Origin: Terriglobia bacterium
Lineage (GTDB): Bacteria; Acidobacteriota; Terriglobia; JAJPHL01; JAPKYU01
Direction of reading: 5' to 3'
Length of the DNA stretch: 64,000 bases
Assembly: GCA_965223005.1 (NCBI GenBank)
Contig: CBDCVK010000010.1
Coordinates: 128,001 to 192,000 of the forward strand
The translations under genes were made by a program, and so were the position numbers. Shown here piece by piece: positions 62,374-64,000 of the stretch. The notes beneath the pieces are model-generated. The model was not told the DNA's origin and did no database searches. It saw only the letters and a program-made list of their open reading frames with translations. Each line of letters starts with the position of its first letter. Positions within the stretch are counted from its first letter, which is position 1.

Positions 62374-63876
62374 ATGATAATGGTTCCACTCCTCTTTGCG
62401 CTCATGACGGGCGCGCTCATGACGGGCGAAGCACTGCCGAGCCGCTACGACATAGTCATCAAGGATGGACGCGTGATGGACCCAGAGACTGGCCTAGATG
62501 CAGTCCGCCATGTTGGCATCATCGGCGATCGAATCGTGCGGATTTCGAGCCTGCCGCTGGAAGGAGAAAAGATTATTGATGCCACCGGCCTAATCGTAGC
62601 TCCAGGCTTTGTCGACCTTCACCAGCACGGGCACGATTCCGACAGCTACCGTCTGAAGGCGCTTGACGGGGTGACGACCGCACTTGAGATGGAGATCGGA
62701 GTTCCAGACGTGGCGATGTTTCTCCAGGAACGGCGAGGACGAGCACCCATCAACTATGGGTCCACCGCCAGTCACTCGGCGGCTCGGGCAGCGGTCTTTG
62801 GCGTCCCGTTGCCGGCGGCTCGGGCAGCGGCCGTTGGCGTCCGGTTGCCGGCCGGTGGACTCGTCCCGCAATCCGGTTCCGCGACGAATGAGCCAGCAAC
62901 CTCAGAGCAACTGGAGCGCATGGGAGCTTTACTCCGGGCTGAGCTCGATGCCGGGGCATTGGGCATCGGCATGGGGATCCAGTATGTCCCTGGCGCAACC
63001 CGATTTGAAGTGATCGAGATCTTCCGGATTGCCGCCGAGCGGAGTGTGTCCGTCTACGCGCATGTTCGAAGTACTGGCAGATTGGAGCCTGGCTCCAGCA
63101 TTGAAGCCGTTGGCGAAGTGATCGCGGCCGCTGCCGTCAGCGGGGCATCTCTGCACATCGTGCATCTCAATAGCAGTTGTTTGAAAGATGCGGTCCCATG
63201 CCTCCGGCTGATTGAAGGCGCCCGGGCCCGAGGGCTTGACGTGACCACGGAAGGCTATCCTTATAGAGCAGGGATGACAGTCATCAATTCAGCCCTGTTC
63301 AACCCTGGCTGGCGTGAAAAGTTTGGAATCGATTACAAGGATCTCCGGCTGCCCGACACGGGTGAACCATTGACTAAGGAAAGCTTCGAGCGCCTCCACG
63401 CCTCGCCCGAACCGCGAACGGTCCTTATCCTTCTGAATCCTGACACGATTGTTGACACGGTCATCTTGCATCCGTTGGTCATGGTCGCGAGCGACGGGCT
63501 TACGGATCATCCCCGCAATGCCGGAACCTATGCCCGCGTCATTGCACGCTATGTGCGGTCGCAGCAGAGGCTGACCCTGATGAATGCAATTCGGAAAATG
63601 TCACTGATGCCGGCCATGAGGCTCGAGCGCGCAACGTCGGCGGCACGGAAGAAGGGTCGTCTCCAGGAAGGCGCGGACGCTGATATTGTCATCTTCGATC
63701 CAGAGACAATTGCCGACCGCGCTACCTACGAGTCACCCAGCGAACCAAGCGTGGGCGTGAAGTACCTTCTAGTCGCAGGAAAAATAGTAGTGGATCGCGG
63801 GAAGATCCTCCCGAACGTATTGCCAGGGCGGGCCCTCGTAAACGAACGTCATGATCCAGCTTCAACCCAACGGTAA
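62374..63876 (+). CDS. Amidohydrolase (D-aminoacylase/dihydroorotase-like), probably exported
   Basis: VAPGFVDLHQH, ASDG..HPR..GT, KGRLQEGADADIVIFD. Confidence 0.9.
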   Translation: MIMVPLLFALMTGALMTGEALPSRYDIVIKDGRVMDPETGLDAVRHVGIIGDRIVRISSLPLEGEKIIDATGLIVAPGFVDLHQHGHDSDSYRLKALDGVTTALEMEIGVPDVAMFLQERRGRAPINYGSTASHSAARAAVFGVPLPAARAAAVGVRLPAGGLVPQSGSATNEPATSEQLERMGALLRAELDAGALGIGMGIQYVPGATRFEVIEIFRIAAERSVSVYAHVRSTGRLEPGSSIEAVGEVIAAAAVSGASLHIVHLNSSCLKDAVPCLRLIEGARARGLDVTTEGYPYRAGMTVINSALFNPGWREKFGIDYKDLRLPDTGEPLTKESFERLHASPEPRTVLILLNPDTIVDTVILHPLVMVASDGLTDHPRNAGTYARVIARYVRSQQRLTLMNAIRKMSLMPAMRLERATSAARKKGRLQEGADADIVIFDPETIADRATYESPSEPSVGVKYLLVAGKIVVDRGKILPNVLPGRALVNERHDPASTQR

Positions 63877-64000
63877 GGATTTCTCCAGCGACTAGGTCGG
63901 CTGGACTCCCGTCGGCGCTTGATTCGACTTTCAAATCTTGAAACGGAGCTACAATAGCTGCACAGTGCAGGACGGAAGGAGGAAGCTAGAATGTTCCGCG

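Overview
High-GC bacterial chromosomal window, most likely Acidobacteriota (inferred from two proteins with the Solibacter/Bryobacter-type C-terminal domain and several lineage-type hypotheticals). Positions 1-43.9 kb are mostly core genes: prfA, lactate permease, galU, the ffh-rpsP-khpA-rimM-trmD-rplS-rnhB operon, aldehyde dehydrogenase, tpx, di-heme peroxidase, archease-rtcB, pheA, tldD-pmbA, and valS-nadC-birA-coaX-rlmD-comEC. From about 44.0 kb (a 28-bp tRNA-Ser 3' fragment, att-like) to tRNA-Leu(CAG) at 61.8 kb lies an accessory island. Its most striking feature is a family of six 15-6-15 pseudo-palindromic sites with two fixed 6-bp spacers (ACGGGC, ACCGAC). They alternate strictly and bracket unrelated gene blocks like cassettes, suggesting a site-specific gene-cassette system; no recombinase is present in the window. 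The island also holds an IS256 that interrupts an SDR gene, two integron attC-like sites around a decayed cassette, and a lower-GC amidohydrolase/maleate isomerase/LIV-ABC block. Several single-base frameshifts and a noisy duplication in livM point to long-read assembly errors. All family assignments come from motif recognition, not database searches.
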